Shown here: one piece after another, positions 35,775-49,617 of the stretch | Numbering within the stretch: position 1 is the stretch's first letter | Layout of the letters: each line of letters begins with the position of its first letter | From: Anolis carolinensis | Taxonomy: Eukaryota | NCBI RefSeq assembly: GCF_035594765.1 | Contig: NC_085843.1 | Coordinates: 145,305,971 to 145,369,970, forward strand | DNA: 64,000 nucleotides | Reading direction: 5' to 3' | Program-made: the position numbers and the translations under genes | Notes under the pieces: model-generated | The model's input: the letters and a program-made list of their open reading frames with translations, nothing else | Told to the model about the DNA's origin: nothing | Database searches by the model: none

Positions 35775-37849
35775 CATGGGGGTATCTTTGCAATGGACTG
35801 GATCTTTCAACCTACTAGTTATCAGATGTTCTTCTTCCGACCATGGGACCCCCTCCTCCTATCCGAAATGAAAGGAAATCCCCAGCCAATCACTGCAACG
35901 ATTCACTGCACAGATTCTCTGTAGTTTGTCTTCAAACCTGGAGTGCTTTGTTCTCTGTCCTGGCTTATTTGGTTCTTGACCACAGTCCTATCTGAAGTCA
36001 CTACCGTGTGACTGGAAAAGATGTCTTGAAGAAGGGAGAGGGACTTTTTGCTCTCACTCCTACCAGTCTCCTTTGCCAATTACATGGCACAAAATGAGGA
36101 TGAAGGACAGCCAAACATGAGGTTAGTTGCTATGTCACCACTATAGTCAGTAGTGACAGGGTGGGAGAAACAATTGGGCCCCTCCCTAACAGGAACAAAA
36201 TAGGTCCAAAGCAGTGGAGCAGTAGGGATTCTCTCCCACTACCAAAGCAGCTTAGGACATCCTTTTTGCACCTCAGTGTTGGATAGAATCAGCATTTTGG
36301 ATGCTGCTTCAAGCCTGCCTTATGTGGCAGTGCAGAACATCCCTTAGTTGCCTTCATATCTTTGCTAGTACCCTTTCTGCCTCCAGCTCTTTTTAAAATA
36401 TCTCTTGAGGCTTCTTTATGCGTTATTCACATAAAAAATGTCCCCACATAATGAATGGCAGCAGTACCACACAGTTTGTCCCACCCTGATGTTATTTCTC
36501 TTCCTGGCCCTCCGACATGCACATTTGTTGAACATGGATAAGCACCCCTCTTTATGAATCCATGCTAAATGTGATTATTTGTGATGATGGTGAAGAATGA
36601 GGTATATATTAGAATAACTACGACTGCATGAGTGTCTAAATAAACATGACTTTAGACAACTTTACAAGAAAAAAATAAAATCCCCATGCATGGTGAAGAC
36701 AAAATTAGCCCTTATTCTATGTCATTCCTCACCATGCTCAGAGAGTGACAAACTGAAGAGAACCATCTACATGTGGAGTCTCTGCACACAAATCAGAAAA
36801 GCGCTCCCACCTTTTTTTCCAGATTTCTGATTACACCTTCATGCATTGCAGAGGTTTTGGTCTTTAGACTATGATTCACCATGCATTGAGAATTGTGAAC
36901 ATGACTTAAACTCTTTCTCTCCCTGTATGCTAGTTTTGGGTGTTTCTGTGAATGATTTATTAGGGCTTAGGTTAAGAACCCACCATGGGTTTTAGTGACT
37001 TGCCTTGTTGGGTTGCTTTGAAAACAACAACTATAGAAGCAATTGTATGTGAGAGGAAAACATGGACATACAAAAACATTCCACCTAATTAAGAGGTGTG
37101 TGTGTCTATATGTTTGAATCAGTATTAATTTGTGTGTAACGGACACCAATTAGAGACAAGTTTACAACAATCAATTGTTGAGCATGCATCTATCTACGGC
37201 TTATGAATAAGTGAGGCTATTTGTATCTTCCATTTAGAAGTATTATACATCAGTTCTCAAGTGAGCAAAGTCAGCCATACCAACAATGGGACTTTTTATT
37301 GCTACAGTTCTAATTGCTAGTCTAAAGTTTATGCCAGTGTTATAGATAGATAAATTATTTAAAGCAAATAAGTTGGATCTGTGTGAGCTGACACTTTGGA
37401 TTGCTCTAGGAAAGATATTTACTAAAATTAATTTATACTTTCAGAATCAGACCAGCCAATCAGAAAGTATTTTCATACAAAGCTGTTTTAAAATATTAAT
37501 ATTTATTTTGCACAAAGTCTACAGTTCAGGCTTTATGTGACTTTTTTCCTGCTTCGATAAAAGTCTCCAAATGGTACGATCAAAGTAGAAAGATAATTAA
37601 AAAAGACAATGCTGATGTTTTATTTAAGCACTTCTCCCTGCTCTTTGCACATCATACAAACCAGTTTAACTGTTTGGAAGCCAGACGTTTCTCTCTCTCT
37701 CTTTTGTAAAGCTCCAAGTTATTAGAGGCTTTAGGTAGTGATTTTCCCCAAAGCAATAACAAAAATGAAATACAGCATGGAATTAAAATGGCCACTGCCA
37801 GCATACATATATTACCAACAATAATAATCAAATCTACACTAGAATCAAA

Positions 37850-38158
37850 TAACAGATGTCATATTGAAGATGGAGCAAGCTTGTTTTCTGTTGTTTCAAA
37901 GACTGGGACACAACGCAATAGATTCAAACTGTAAGAAAATGGATTGCACTTAAACATTAGGGAGAACTTCCTGATGGTAAAAGCTGGTAAAAACAAGGTG
38001 ATATGCTGCCTCTGAATGTGGTACATTCTCCTTGTTTGGATATTTTTAGCAGAGGCTGAATGGCCATCTATCAGGATTGCTTTAACTGTGTAATTTCTGC
38101 ATAGCAGGTGTTTGGACTGGATGGCTCTTGGGATCTTTCTCAATTCTATTATTTTATG
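37850..38158 (+). mobile_element. CR1 LINE 3' end
   Basis: GATGGAGCAAGCTTGTTTTCTG..AAACATTAGGGAGAACTTCCTGA..TGGACTGGATGGC..TTCTATT, the same pattern as 27194-27448. Confidence 0.8.
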
Positions 38159-39129
38159 AAATATACTGTATTATTACTGCAAGCAAAACTGGTTGATAAT
38201 ACAACCATAATATTAATATTCTCTAGAGCACTGAAGTATCTTTATGTGTCAGGATAGAATCTGTTTGTGTTCAAAGCCTATGCTCGCATTTCCCAGTAGT
38301 GAACAAGGCCTGTGGCTGCTGCTGTTCATGTTTCCAATAGCACCATCGATGACTGAAAAAATTAAAAGTAGCCCTGAGAAACAGGAGACAGGTACATCTA
38401 TTTTGATCTACACATATGCCCTGTTCACATACAAAATGAACACAGGGAAGCCTGGTATCAGCTTAAAAATTACCACGTATAGAAGGCTGACAAAGGCCAC
38501 CGTTCCCCAGACTATCCTGTTTGACCATTTTTTGCTCTAAGAAATTTTATCCCAACCCAGTTCAGTTCTGATATTAGTATTTGAGTGGGAGGAAATTGTT
38601 TAAGGTTGTGGTGGGTAATTTCAGTGATCCGATTTTTATTCCTACACACATACAAACCTCACACTTTGCTAGCTAAAACTTGCACCCATAATTCATTTCT
38701 GGTCATGATGCCCAGTTTCTGGTATGGCTATCATTTTGGGCGATGATGAGTGTGTGATAAATTGCCACCCCAATAGCAGCAACTGTCCTTATATTTGGCA
38801 TGGTTGGGTGGGAGGGATAAGAATCACTTGGAGAGTTGGATAATGAGTTGTGATCTTTCAAGGTACAAACAAAAAAGACCCTTAAGAGATGCATGAGAGT
38901 CCAAGGGCCTGTTCACACTGTATGTGCTATAATTCATTTTAATCATCATGATTCTAGTTTGTGGAATCTTGATATCTGCCGTTTATTTTGAATTAGGTAT
39001 TTTGAATTTTCAGCTACAGGGTGTTAATACCTTATATATTAAGCCGCTTGTGATGAGCTAAGGTCATGGTAATAATGCTATTGCATGGCTGAGCAGAATG
39101 ATGAAATATTTTACATATGTATAAAACAA

Positions 39130-40030
39130 ATGTGATGCCAGGATAGGGGCAACAACTGAGAAGGCCCTTCTCAAGTTCACACATGTAAAAAAACATGGGC
39201 CTCTCATGTCTGTCTCAGGGCCCAGGCAGACAAATATGTGGTTTTTAAGATAGACCCAATGTAAACCATTTAGTGCTTTATAAGTCATAACCAACACTTT
39301 GAATTGTGTCTAGAAACAGACCAACAAACAGTGGAAGTATTTTCGTGGGGAACTTGTGTGGTTTCTGTAAACAGCTTCAGAGAGCACTCTTGCTGCAACT
39401 TTTTGTGGGAATGGAAATTTCTTCAAATGCAGCCCAACATTAAAAATGTGCATAGATATTCCTGACCACCACATTAACATGGACCTCCAGGTTCAAGGAT
39501 GGTTCCTGGATTATGCCCAAACCGAACAAAAGAATTCAAAGGGAGATATTCCCATCCAGCATAAACAGTATTCCTACTCTCTTATCTGACTGTGGAATGA
39601 TCAGAAGCACCTCTTTATTATCTGATTTGAATTTGAATTTTTTTTGCTCTAATCCAAACCATTAATGATGCCAGACCCCGGTTTTAAACAAAAACAACTT
39701 CCTTGGAGATAAGTGGTAAAGATAAATAGAATTTCATTCCTTGAGGATACTGATATTATCAGTCCTCCTGTCTAATTCCTGGCAAAGCTTAATCAAATTA
39801 TCAAGGTTATTTCCATCCCATAACTAAACCAGGAACCAGACTGAAATGGATCAAGACAGTCCATTTCATCTGTGAATCTCTGAAGCTGAGAGGCAGCCAC
39901 ATACTCTATTACCTTGACTAAAAATGGAATTTTGGGCACTAGCAGATATCTATCAATTACTAAAATATCCAGGGAAGGTGTTCTCCCCCCCCCCCCCAAT
40001 AAAGAGCTCACAACTGTCTTCTTTAGGCAT
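39130..40030 (-). mobile_element. L2 ORF2 fragments, old
   Basis: Minus-strand peptides IPFLVKVIE.VAASQLQRF.DEMDCLDPFQSG and LVMTYKALNGL. Confidence 0.7.
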
Positions 40031-40596
40031 GTAGAATCCCTTTCTTCTTGTTAGGATTTATGATGTCTTTGTTGACTGAAGAAAATTTGTCCCCATTTAA
40101 GAAACATGGGTAGAATTTTCAAGAATGTTTGTAATGTATGTAGTGTGTGTAGTAGTAGTAATAGTAATAGTAGTACTAAAGCACATTGCAAGTCCAGCAA
40201 TGAATGGTTTTCTGATCATAGCATGTGTCTAATTCTTGTTCAGAATGTTTGTTCAGAAACAGAGTTAGGTTAGGGTAAATCTATTTTTTAAAAAATGAAG
40301 GAATCATGAAACACACACAGAGAGAAAGAGTCTAAATCTGCCTTTGGCACATACAACAACACCCTTGCTTTTCTCCATCTACTTTCTAAGCTAAATGTGG
40401 CATAGCTCCAACCTTGGCTATCTTCAATACATAAAGATCAAATGGACTTGATTCATACTTTATTGAGGACTTAGGCAAAAAAGAAAGATGTTAAGTCTGA
40501 AATGAAAGTTTTTGATAGCTAAATCTTACAAGCCAAGTTCTTGCAAATGTTTACATTTCTGGTCCAAAGACAGGTGAAAAGGTGTGACTACTTAAT

Positions 40597-41608
40597 CTAT
40601 GATAGATCATAGAATCATAGACTAATAGAGTTGGAAGAGACTACATGGGCCAATCAAAGTACCTCTGACAGATGGCCATCTAGCCTCTGTTTAAAAACTT
40701 CCAAGGAAGGGGCTCCACCACACTCTGAGGTGGAGACTTCCACTGCTGAATAGCTCTTACAGTAAGGAAGTTCTTCCTAATATTCAGATGGAATCTTTTT
40801 TCCTGTAATTTGAACTCATTGCTCCTTGTCCTAGTTTCCATGGCAACATAAAGCAAGCTTGCTCCCTCTTCCTTATGGCATCCTTTCACATATTTATACA
40901 TGATTATGTTTCCTCTTAACCTTCTCTTCTGTAGGCTAAACAGATGCTTCTCATAGGGAATGATCTTTTATCATTTTAGTTGCTTATCAATGGGCCTCAT
41001 TACATGAGGCAGATTAAGTGTTGTAGGACACTTTCAAGACACTTCCTCCTCACCACCCACTGAATGCCATCAAATGTTTATGGCAACTTCTGACGAGGCC
41101 CAGTAAAGGAAGTGTCCCAAAAGTGGTGTGGGAGGCTTCCTGTGTTATGTAGAAAACTATGGGGTCAAGCTGGAGTGGTAATGCTTCCCCACATGGGATA
41201 GCTGTGAGTGATGTGGGGCGTTGGGCACTGGTATTACCTCGATTCATCAAAATCACTCCGTGGGACCTCATCCATGTGATGAGGGCAAATATCACTTTTA
41301 AATTGTGGTGCCAAGAATTTGACACAGTATTCCAGGTCTAACCAAAGCAGAATAGAGAGGCATCATGACTTCCCTCAATCAAGCCAGGTGTCACCCATCC
41401 TGTATCCTTGCATTCCATTTTTTTTTCTCTGTAAGTGTAGTATCTTACATTTGTTCTTGTTGAACAATATTTTGTTAGTTTGGCCCAGCTCTCTAATCTG
41501 TTAAGGTCATTTTGAATTCTGAACCTATCCTCTGGACTATATGAAGGTTTAGAGGGCATGCTTATCAAGTCTGCAGGTGACACCAAATGAGAAGGGATAG
41601 CTAATACT
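40597..41608 (-). mobile_element. CR1 LINE 3' part with inverted 5' segment, interrupted by a MITE
   Basis: (CATAGAAT) tail near 40600-40625; ORF 40680-40901 KYVKGCHKEEGASL..RFHLNIRKNFLTVRA; PEDRFRIQNDLNRLESWA on minus; 41540-41608 is inverted. Confidence 0.8.
40993..41286. mobile_element. PIF/Harbinger-like MITE
   Basis: TIRs GGCCTCATTACATG / CATGTGATGAGGGC; splits the CR1 copy. Confidence 0.6.
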
Positions 41609-43498
41609 AGGTCAATCAATTCATCCTTAGTTCACATATTTGTATACTTGTTCAACATGGCAACATAATCCAGTGACACACCATGTGTATGATAAAGAAA
41701 TTTCAAAATAGTTGTGAGATCAAGTAATTTCAGATATTCTGATATTTTTGCCTTGCTATTCCATAGTAGGGTTATTTGGTAATATTTATTCTAATCAATT
41801 TAGTTGGTTGATTATGAAAATATGTGCATGTATGTAAAACTTTTTATTTAATGGGACTTAATTGCTGGTGGCAGGAATAAAGAAACACTATACCATGAGA
41901 TATGATTAAACACAGTTTTATTGAATTAAATCAAGGTTGTTATTGGCATGACCTATGGACTTCTACATACAGACAAAAAAGGAGAAAAGGAGTGGAAGAA
42001 TTAGCATGCTTGTCCTTCTTCCATCTCTTCATATGTAATCTCTACATGTATTTTGATCCCTGAGTAATTATCTGTAGTATTAATGCAACAACAAACACAT
42101 TTTAATAAGTCTGTTCAGATCACCATACAGTGAACCTCTTGATGAATGGAAGGTTAGGAGTTTTTAATCACAACTTGCCATTGGAACTGTTTTATTTTAA
42201 AGTAGACATTTTAGAGTCAGTGATAGACTTTGAAGCTACTGTCTATAATTTAGCACTCTGTTCCTTTTTCAAAATCATTCATACCATAGGAGTGTTGTTT
42301 GGATTCTGGCCATGAAAGCATTCAGCAATACATTCATACCATAGTTTGTCCCCCCTGGAAGGGCAGATGTTCTATTTTAAATGTTCAACAGATATGAACA
42401 ATTAATACCAGCCTACATGATATATTAAAATCAGTTACCTTTAAACAACTATTATTCTGTCATTCTCAATTATGAATTTGTTCTTTGTATTATCATATTT
42501 TAATAGAGGGTGTATTTTAAGATAGTGAGTCATATTTCATATACACTAGCATCGAAACATACAGAAGCCATACCATTTTAAAAACAATTTTCAGATGCAC
42601 TGCAGTTGAAAACTATATTCCAGTTGATTGGTCAGATGTACAATTATTTGACACTTAAATGATGCCTTCAGAAGTGAAAGTCCATATGAAAGTGCAAATT
42701 TACTTGACAAATTCAAATTGCACTTAAACTGAAAATAGTCTGTACCCTTTTCTCAGCAACAGAAAAAGAATGATACTTTTTAAAATCCAAATTGGGAAAT
42801 AACATTTTAATCACTACTAACAGGAAAAAAATGACATCATTATGGAACCTGAATATATCCAAGGAGATTATCAACATATGTGTAAACCACATTGGAGGTG
42901 CCCTACACATGAATGAAATGATAAATAAGTACACATTCTATGTATAGTGTCATACTTATCTTGTCCCAATCCAAGCTTCAACTTGTATCAAAGTTATATT
43001 AACTGAAAATAGTTTTATTGTCTTTCAGTGAACTTTAGAAAGCTCATTTTACAATGTGGCAAGTGAAATCTGGATTAGCTACTTGTTTTCAGGGATGTGT
43101 CTCTCACTACAGACTGTCCTTCTTGGAACTTAGGCTTGGTAAGTGATTAGATTAATTCTCACTGGAATATTTGGAGCTGGCCTGGAACTAAGATCTGTAA
43201 AAATATGTCAAAAATATATCATTATTATCAGAGGAGCAGGGTGTTAATTTCTCAATATCAAGGGCACTGTCTAGATCCATTATCAGAAGTGCACTTTCAT
43301 GTTTTACATGCAGATTCTGGTGGCAGTCAATTGGGTTGTGAATGTGCAGAACAAAGACAACAATTGACAACTCACAACAGTTGGACAAAGCATACATGCA
43401 CACATAAAGTGGAGGAAAATGATACAGCCAGGGACATATAGCTATGATTAGTATAGATTCACAAATCAATGCAAAGCATGAATGATGCGTATAAACAC

Positions 43499-44232
43499 TA
43501 GGCTTGTGCACAGATTCGGATTGGTCAATTTGGCCAATCCGACTTGTTGGGTTTGTTCAGATGGCCTTAATGGCAAGAGCTCAGCATCCATGTTTTTGTT
43601 TTGTTTTTTGGCTGCAACAGAACCGTGGCTATCAAAAAGCAGCTGCCTTTGATTACAAGTGGAGTGTGGGAAGGAGGTAGCTGCTAGAAGGAAAAGTCTG
43701 GGGGGGAGGGGAGGCACCACTCCAGAGCATGCAAATCAAGAGAAAAGAGAGGGCTTTTAAAAAGGAAGCCCAGGATAGGATAGCTCCAGGTCATCACTCT
43801 TCCTTTCCTGGGAAGTGGGAAACCTCCTTAAAATATTGGAAAGCTGTGTGCTGTAGGGAAAGAGTGCCACATGTGCCTGCAGCGCATGTCTCCTCTAAAC
43901 AACTTTAACTAAGTATTAAACCTGGTCTCCTCTACAGACAGAAGGGAAAGGATCACAAAAGGAGTAGTATGTTAACTCTGATACTTTTAATCCAGGTCAT
44001 AATGAAGGATATAAGGACAAACAATGCCTTAAGTGACAGAAAGGGGAACCCAGGAAATCCCCCCCCCCCCCAAAAAATGGGCTGGATAGAAAACAAATTA
44101 TTCGGCTTCTTGGTTTCAAAAATGAATTTCTGGCCTTCCATATTTGGGAGGCTCTCGAAAAATGGATTGGGACCCCCACCAAAATCTGGGACACTGAAAT
44201 GGATTGCAGTTTACCCAGATTGCACATGCCTA
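43499..44232. mobile_element. Non-autonomous hAT element
   Basis: TIRs TAGGCTTGTGCA / TGCACATGCCTA; perfect 8-bp TSD ATAAACAC (43491-43498, 44233-44240). Confidence 0.9.
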
Positions 44233-45574
44233 ATAAACACCAGCTATGCCTCACTCTGATTCCATGGCTGTAGATCTGGATATAAGTATTGTTGATTACA
44301 CTGGCCCATATTGCATGGATCTGGAGTATGACTCCAGTGACAATTAGGCCAACTGTAATTTGAAATAAGTAGGTTTGAGTGGATTATAATACTGCAAGAA
44401 AGAAATATTTCTGTTGATGATAGATCTTGAGGTGATAGATCTGTCTCTAACTATGAACATCTATTAGTATAGGTATCTATTTTTCTAAATACTTTCAGAG
44501 AAAATTTCAGCACTTATTTTCTTTTTCTGATGATAACATTTTTATGCCACCTATTTTCCAAGGCACCTAAGCATGCTGCTTGAAATAAAAGCTTATAGTT
44601 AGATTTGTGTTTCATGTTCAGATGAATCTTGTGTCTAGAACTGAAATTTGAGAGATTCAGTTCTCTAGAACTGAAATATGGGAGATTTGGGAAGAGATTC
44701 AGATTGAAGTGATAATTCTTAAAAATTGTCCAAATTTGGATCTTTACAGTCCTTAGCTATTTTAATACAGAATAATGCAGAGACTAAGGCAGTGGAAGCT
44801 AACACATTTTTTGGAGTTTATAATTTAAACAATTGAACTGTGAATATGCTATATTATTATGAAGACATGAAACTGGGAAATTGCAAGTAACATCAAATGC
44901 ATTACAGTACATCTTTTCATATTTTTCTTACAAGGTAAGATGTAACAGCATTGGGACAACAATTCTAGTGCATTCTTTATATATTCTCTATGGAAACAAT
45001 GTTAAAAGATAATAAAACTTTCATTTTACCTGAAGTGCTTATTTTGGAATGTCTTTTCTGTCATGTTTTTAAAGTCATGTTTTCAGAGAGAATGCATCTG
45101 TTGGTACTTTAGTTATTTATTCCCATGGAAGCTATCTAAGTGTACCTTGCATTGTCTCACATGAAATATGCAGACAAGGACACAGCATCACTTATAGGTA
45201 AAGGTGCAACTGCTGTTGAAAAGGTGTTCTTTGATTTTTCACCAGATCATTTCAGTGATAGCTGAACTATGTTCCAAATGACAATATTTACCATTGATTT
45301 TTGTGTCTGTATGTGCTTATAAGTCACCTGTTTACTTATAGAGAGGAAGAAATTTTGCCAGTGCCTTCCTCTGAAATATAGGCTATAGTTATATTTTGTT
45401 GACAATCCCTTATTCAAGTACTAACCAGAATTGAGGAAATATCAACTCAATAACATTTGTTGTATTCTGACTAGCTTAATCTGCCCTCAGACCCATTCAG
45501 ACTTTTCCTGAATCCAGAGCATCATTTTAGCCAATTGTGAAGAGGCTTGAGTGTTGGGCACTGGAAAAACAAGG

Positions 45575-46332
45575 TTCAAATTCCATCATCTGTGGTCTGT
45601 CCTTCTCCAAACTGCACCAGGATATAAAGTGGGACATGGGGGGTGGTCTGTGTGCCAAGTTTGGTTCTTATCTGTCATTGATGGGAGTCATAGTGGTCTG
45701 TGAGAGCTGAAGTAATTGAAAGTACTGCAAATCCCACCATCCGTGGTCCATCCTCCCCAAACTTCACCAGAATGTGAGGTGGGTCATGGGGTGTCTATGT
45801 GCTAAATATGGTCCAGGTGTCATTTGCCAGGGTTTCAGTAGTTTGTGGGAGCTGAATTGGGTGAAGGTACTGCAAATCCCATTATCCACAGTCCATTCTC
45901 CCCCAAACTGCACCAGGTGGGCCAAATTGGATCTGTGTGCCAAGGTTGGTCCAGGCTCATCATTCATGGCAGTTGCAATGATCTCTGGAAGTGAGTGAAG
46001 GTGCTGCAAATCCCATCATCCGGCGTCCATCCTACCCCAAACCACACCAGGGTGTAAAATGTGTCATGGAGGTAAGTCTGGTCTTCATTCGTTATTGTTG
46101 AGGGTCACAGTGGTGTGTGGGAACTGAAGTGGTGGAAAGTACTGCAAACCATATCATCTGTAGTCTATTTTCCCCAAAACTGCACCAGGACATAAAGTGT
46201 GTCATGGTGGTTATGTGTGCCAAGATAGGTCCAGGACCATCATTCGTGGGAGTCACAGTGGTCTGTAAAAGTGGGGGCCAATCAGAAAGCTGCCACATAC
46301 ATACACCCCCACATATAAACATTGACGTTTAT

Positions 46333-46367
<35 letters not shown>
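45575..46367 (-). mobile_element. Non-autonomous Helitron-like element with five ~135-150-bp tandem units
   Basis: Units anchored by CCAAACTGCACCAGG at ~45607, 45757, 45903, 46037 and 46174. Minus strand begins A|TCTATC..ATAAACGTCAATG, like a Helitron 5' TC end. 3' CTAG end not seen. Confidence 0.6.
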
Positions 46368-46370
<3 letters not shown>

Positions 46371-46502
46371 TCAAAAATAGTTCTGAAAAATTGAGGAGCC
46401 CTGATAAGATGAATTCTGGATTGATGAGAATCTTTGAAATTTGTGACCAATTCTGCACAAAATTTCCTTGAAAATTGTTTTGTACAGAAATTGTACTACA
46501 TA

Positions 46503-46935
46503 CAGTAGAGTCTCGCTTATCCAACATTTGCTCATCCAATGTTCTGTATTATCTAACACAGTCTGCCTCCCGCCCGGATCCACAGCTGTTTATCTAGGAA
46601 GGCAAGGATCACAGATTTTTTAAAATCTTCACAGGATTGAACTTTTTACGGATTTAACTCCCAACAATGTTGTTACTGTAAATTCATTTTATTCAATCCT
46701 ATCTTTATTTGTGGTCAATTTTCTAGTAGTCAGTGTTTTTGTAGTCAATGTTTTCAATACATTGTGATGTTTTGGTGCTAAATTCATAAATATGGTAATT
46801 TCTACACAACATTACTGTGTATTGAACTTTTTCTGTTGATTTGTTTAAAACATGATGTTTTGGTGCTTAATTTGTAAAATCATAATGTTATTTGACATTT
46901 ATTAGGCTTTTCCTTAATCCTTCCTTATTATTCAA

Positions 46936-46971
<36 letters not shown>

Positions 46972-47066
46972 TTATTTATACCATCTCCCTATGGGGACTC
47001 GGGGTGGCTCACATGGGGCAAGGCCTGACTAGCACAATTTACAAAAACAACAGCATAAATACATTG

Positions 47067-47118
<52 letters not shown>

Positions 47119-47299
47119 AAAAATAAAACACAGTAAGACAATAAAACAAGAGTTAATACAGCAATAATTATATCAATCAACCACCAAGTACAATTCAGTT
47201 GACTTCATTGGTGGGGGGACTGCAGCAGCCATATAAAAGCATTTTCGCTTATCCAACATTCTGCCAGTCCATTTATGTTGGATAAGAGAGACTCTACTG
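46503..47299. mobile_element. Tc1/mariner (Tigger/pogo-like) non-autonomous element
   Basis: TIRs CAGTAGAGTCTCGCTTATCCAAC / GTTGGATAAGAGAGACTCTACTG; TA TSD on both sides. Confidence 0.9.
46936..47235 (-). mobile_element. L2-type 3' tail inserted in the Tigger-like element
   Basis: (AAT)n tail; CCATCTCCCTATGGGGACTCGGGGTGGCTCACATGGGG hairpin; (AT)n inside. Confidence 0.65.
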
Positions 47300-47936
47300 T
47301 ACATATAAAAATTATATTTTGTTCCACTTGCCTGATTTTTGCATAAAACCTGTTCTCCAATACAGCAATTTTAGTGCAGGGAACATCTCTCTTTTTTTGG
47401 AACATACTTAATATTATCTTTTGCATAGAAAATGCTTATTCCAGAACAGAAAATTCTGTTTTCTAAGCATTTTTCACATAATACGTCCCAAATTGCAAAT
47501 AGTATTTGAATACCCGGTATTTTTTGAAGACTTTCTCACAGCAGGAAGAAAATTGTTAAAACTACTCATTGTTTTTTTGGGGGGGAGTAAAATTAGTGAA
47601 GAGTCCCATCCCTACTTTGCATACAAATGCAAAGTAAGTGTTTCAGCCACTAGAATTGTATGGTGAAGTGAATCTATTACATTAGCTAAAAGTTGTTTCA
47701 TTAAATGCAAACAAATAGTTTCAAATATTTCTGAAATATTAAGACGGATCAGCAAATCATCACAAAGGCTCCTCTCTCTTTCCTATATTTGAGAATCGTA
47801 CAATATAGACTAATTATCCATTACAATTCATGTATAGCACTGAGTGTATCTCTTAGAGCAAGGTCTATTAATATTATTTTCAAAAATGTGGACAGAAGCA
47901 GAAGTGATAAGCTGAGCTGATAATGATGAATATCCC

Positions 47937-48881
47937 TAGGGTTACAGCCTGTGTTGGATGGGGTCGCACTCCCCTTGAAGACACAGGTTCGCAGTCTGGG
48001 GGTTCTCCTGGACTCATCGCTGAGCCTGGAGCCCCAGGTCTCGGCGGTGGCCAGGGGAGCCTTTGCACAACTCCGCCTTGTGCGCCAGCTGCGCCCATTC
48101 CTTGGGAGGTCTGACTTGGCCACGGTGGTCCACGCTCTGGTTACAGCTCGTTTGGACTACTGCAATGCGCTCTACGTGGGGCTGCCTTTGAAGACGGCTC
48201 GGAAGCTCCAACTAGTGCAACGGGCGGCAGCCAGACTAATAACAGGAGCAGCTTACAGGGAGCGTACTACTCCCATGCTGAGCTAGCTCCACTGGCTGCC
48301 GATATACTACCGAGCCCAATTCAAAGTGCTGGTTTTGACCTACAAAGCCCTAAATGGTTCTGGCCCATCTTACCTGTCCGAACGTATTTCCCCCTATGAG
48401 CCTTCTAGAACTCTTAGATCATCGGGGAGGCCCTGCTCTCGGTCCCACCAGCCTCGCAGGTAAGGCTGGTGGGAACGAGGGACAGGGCCTTCTCGGTGGT
48501 GGCTCCTCGGCTGTGGAACACCCTCCCCAGCAATATACGGCAGATACCAACTCTCCTAGGCTTCAGGAAAGCCTTAAAGACATGGCTGTGCACACAAGCT
48601 TTTAATGAATAAGAACATGGACTTTACATGACCTGTACGAAGACTTGAGGATTCTGGATGAATGGATTTTAATCTTGGACATTCTTAAAATTTTATATAA
48701 TGTGATTTTATTTTGTAATGGTACCTGTTTTATATGAACTGTTGTTTTGTAGATTGTTTTATATGAATTGTTGTTTTTACATTGTTTTTAGGCATTGAAT
48801 TTTTGCCTATTTACTGTAAGCTGCTTTGAGTCTCCTCGGAGAGAAAGGCGGGGTAAAAGTGATGCAAATAAATAAATAAAT
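47937..48881 (+). mobile_element. L2-clade LINE, 5'-truncated, relatively young
   Basis: ORF 47951-48286 VRSLGVLLDSSL..AFAQLRLVRQLRPFL..RLDYCNALYVGLPLKTARKLQLVQ; CpG-rich; (AAAT)n tail. Confidence 0.92.
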
Positions 48882-49299
48882 ACATACATCATATTCATAT
48901 TAAACCATAGAGCATGATATTTGTTTTCTTTACATATCTAGACCATGACATATAATCTTTTTGAACACTATACATGTGCTTCTTCACCTGAGCTTTTTAC
49001 CATACCACGACAATTGCAAACCAAATGGGGGCTTTCAATGCAGCTTACCAGTCAGAAAAAATATTAAGTGAACAAACCAGACATCAGAAATTCTCATAAT
49101 CATAATAGGCAAGGGTGAAATATGATATGACATAAAAATACATCTGAAGGACCAAATAATCAGTGGCTGATCACATATATAACTCCTCAGTTTTTGATTA
49201 TTTTCGGGCCTGATGTATTGTTTTCTCACCCTTATTTGAAAATAATTCTGTTTACCCCACCTCTGAATTCTCCTATTACACTACAGCACTTTATTATCT

Positions 49300-49566
49300 A
49301 CCTCATCAGATTCTAATTATGCTCTCCTCATACTACCGCCCAGTCTTTTACTAGTTTAATTTGTTATATGCTCTTATTTGGTCGGTCTTACTTATTATTA
49401 TACTGTTGTCTAAAATGGTGAAATTTTGTATAATTTTAATGTTGATGATACTTGTTTTGCTCTGAATTACATTTTTTTCTCTTGTTGCATTGTGGACATT
49501 TGGGCATGGCCCCATGTTAGCTGTCCCGAGTCCCTGTGGGGAGATGGAGGCGGGATACAAAATTAA

Positions 49567-49616
<50 letters not shown>
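49300..49616 (+). mobile_element. L2-type 3' UTR/tail with (TTA)n
   Basis: GGGCATGGCCCCATGTTAGCTGTCCCGAGTCCCTGTGGGGAGATGG..(TTA)n; the same tail type occurs at 32940-33090 and 59410-59884. Confidence 0.6.

Positions 49617-49617
<1 letters not shown>

Noticed and set aside
44910-44940. AAG|GTAAGA possible recursive splice site
   Set aside because: AAG is a weak acceptor and such motifs are expected by chance in 64 kb.
45575-46330. Regularly spaced repeats as a possible CRISPR array
   Set aside because: The whole unit is repeated with no unique spacers, and the context is vertebrate.
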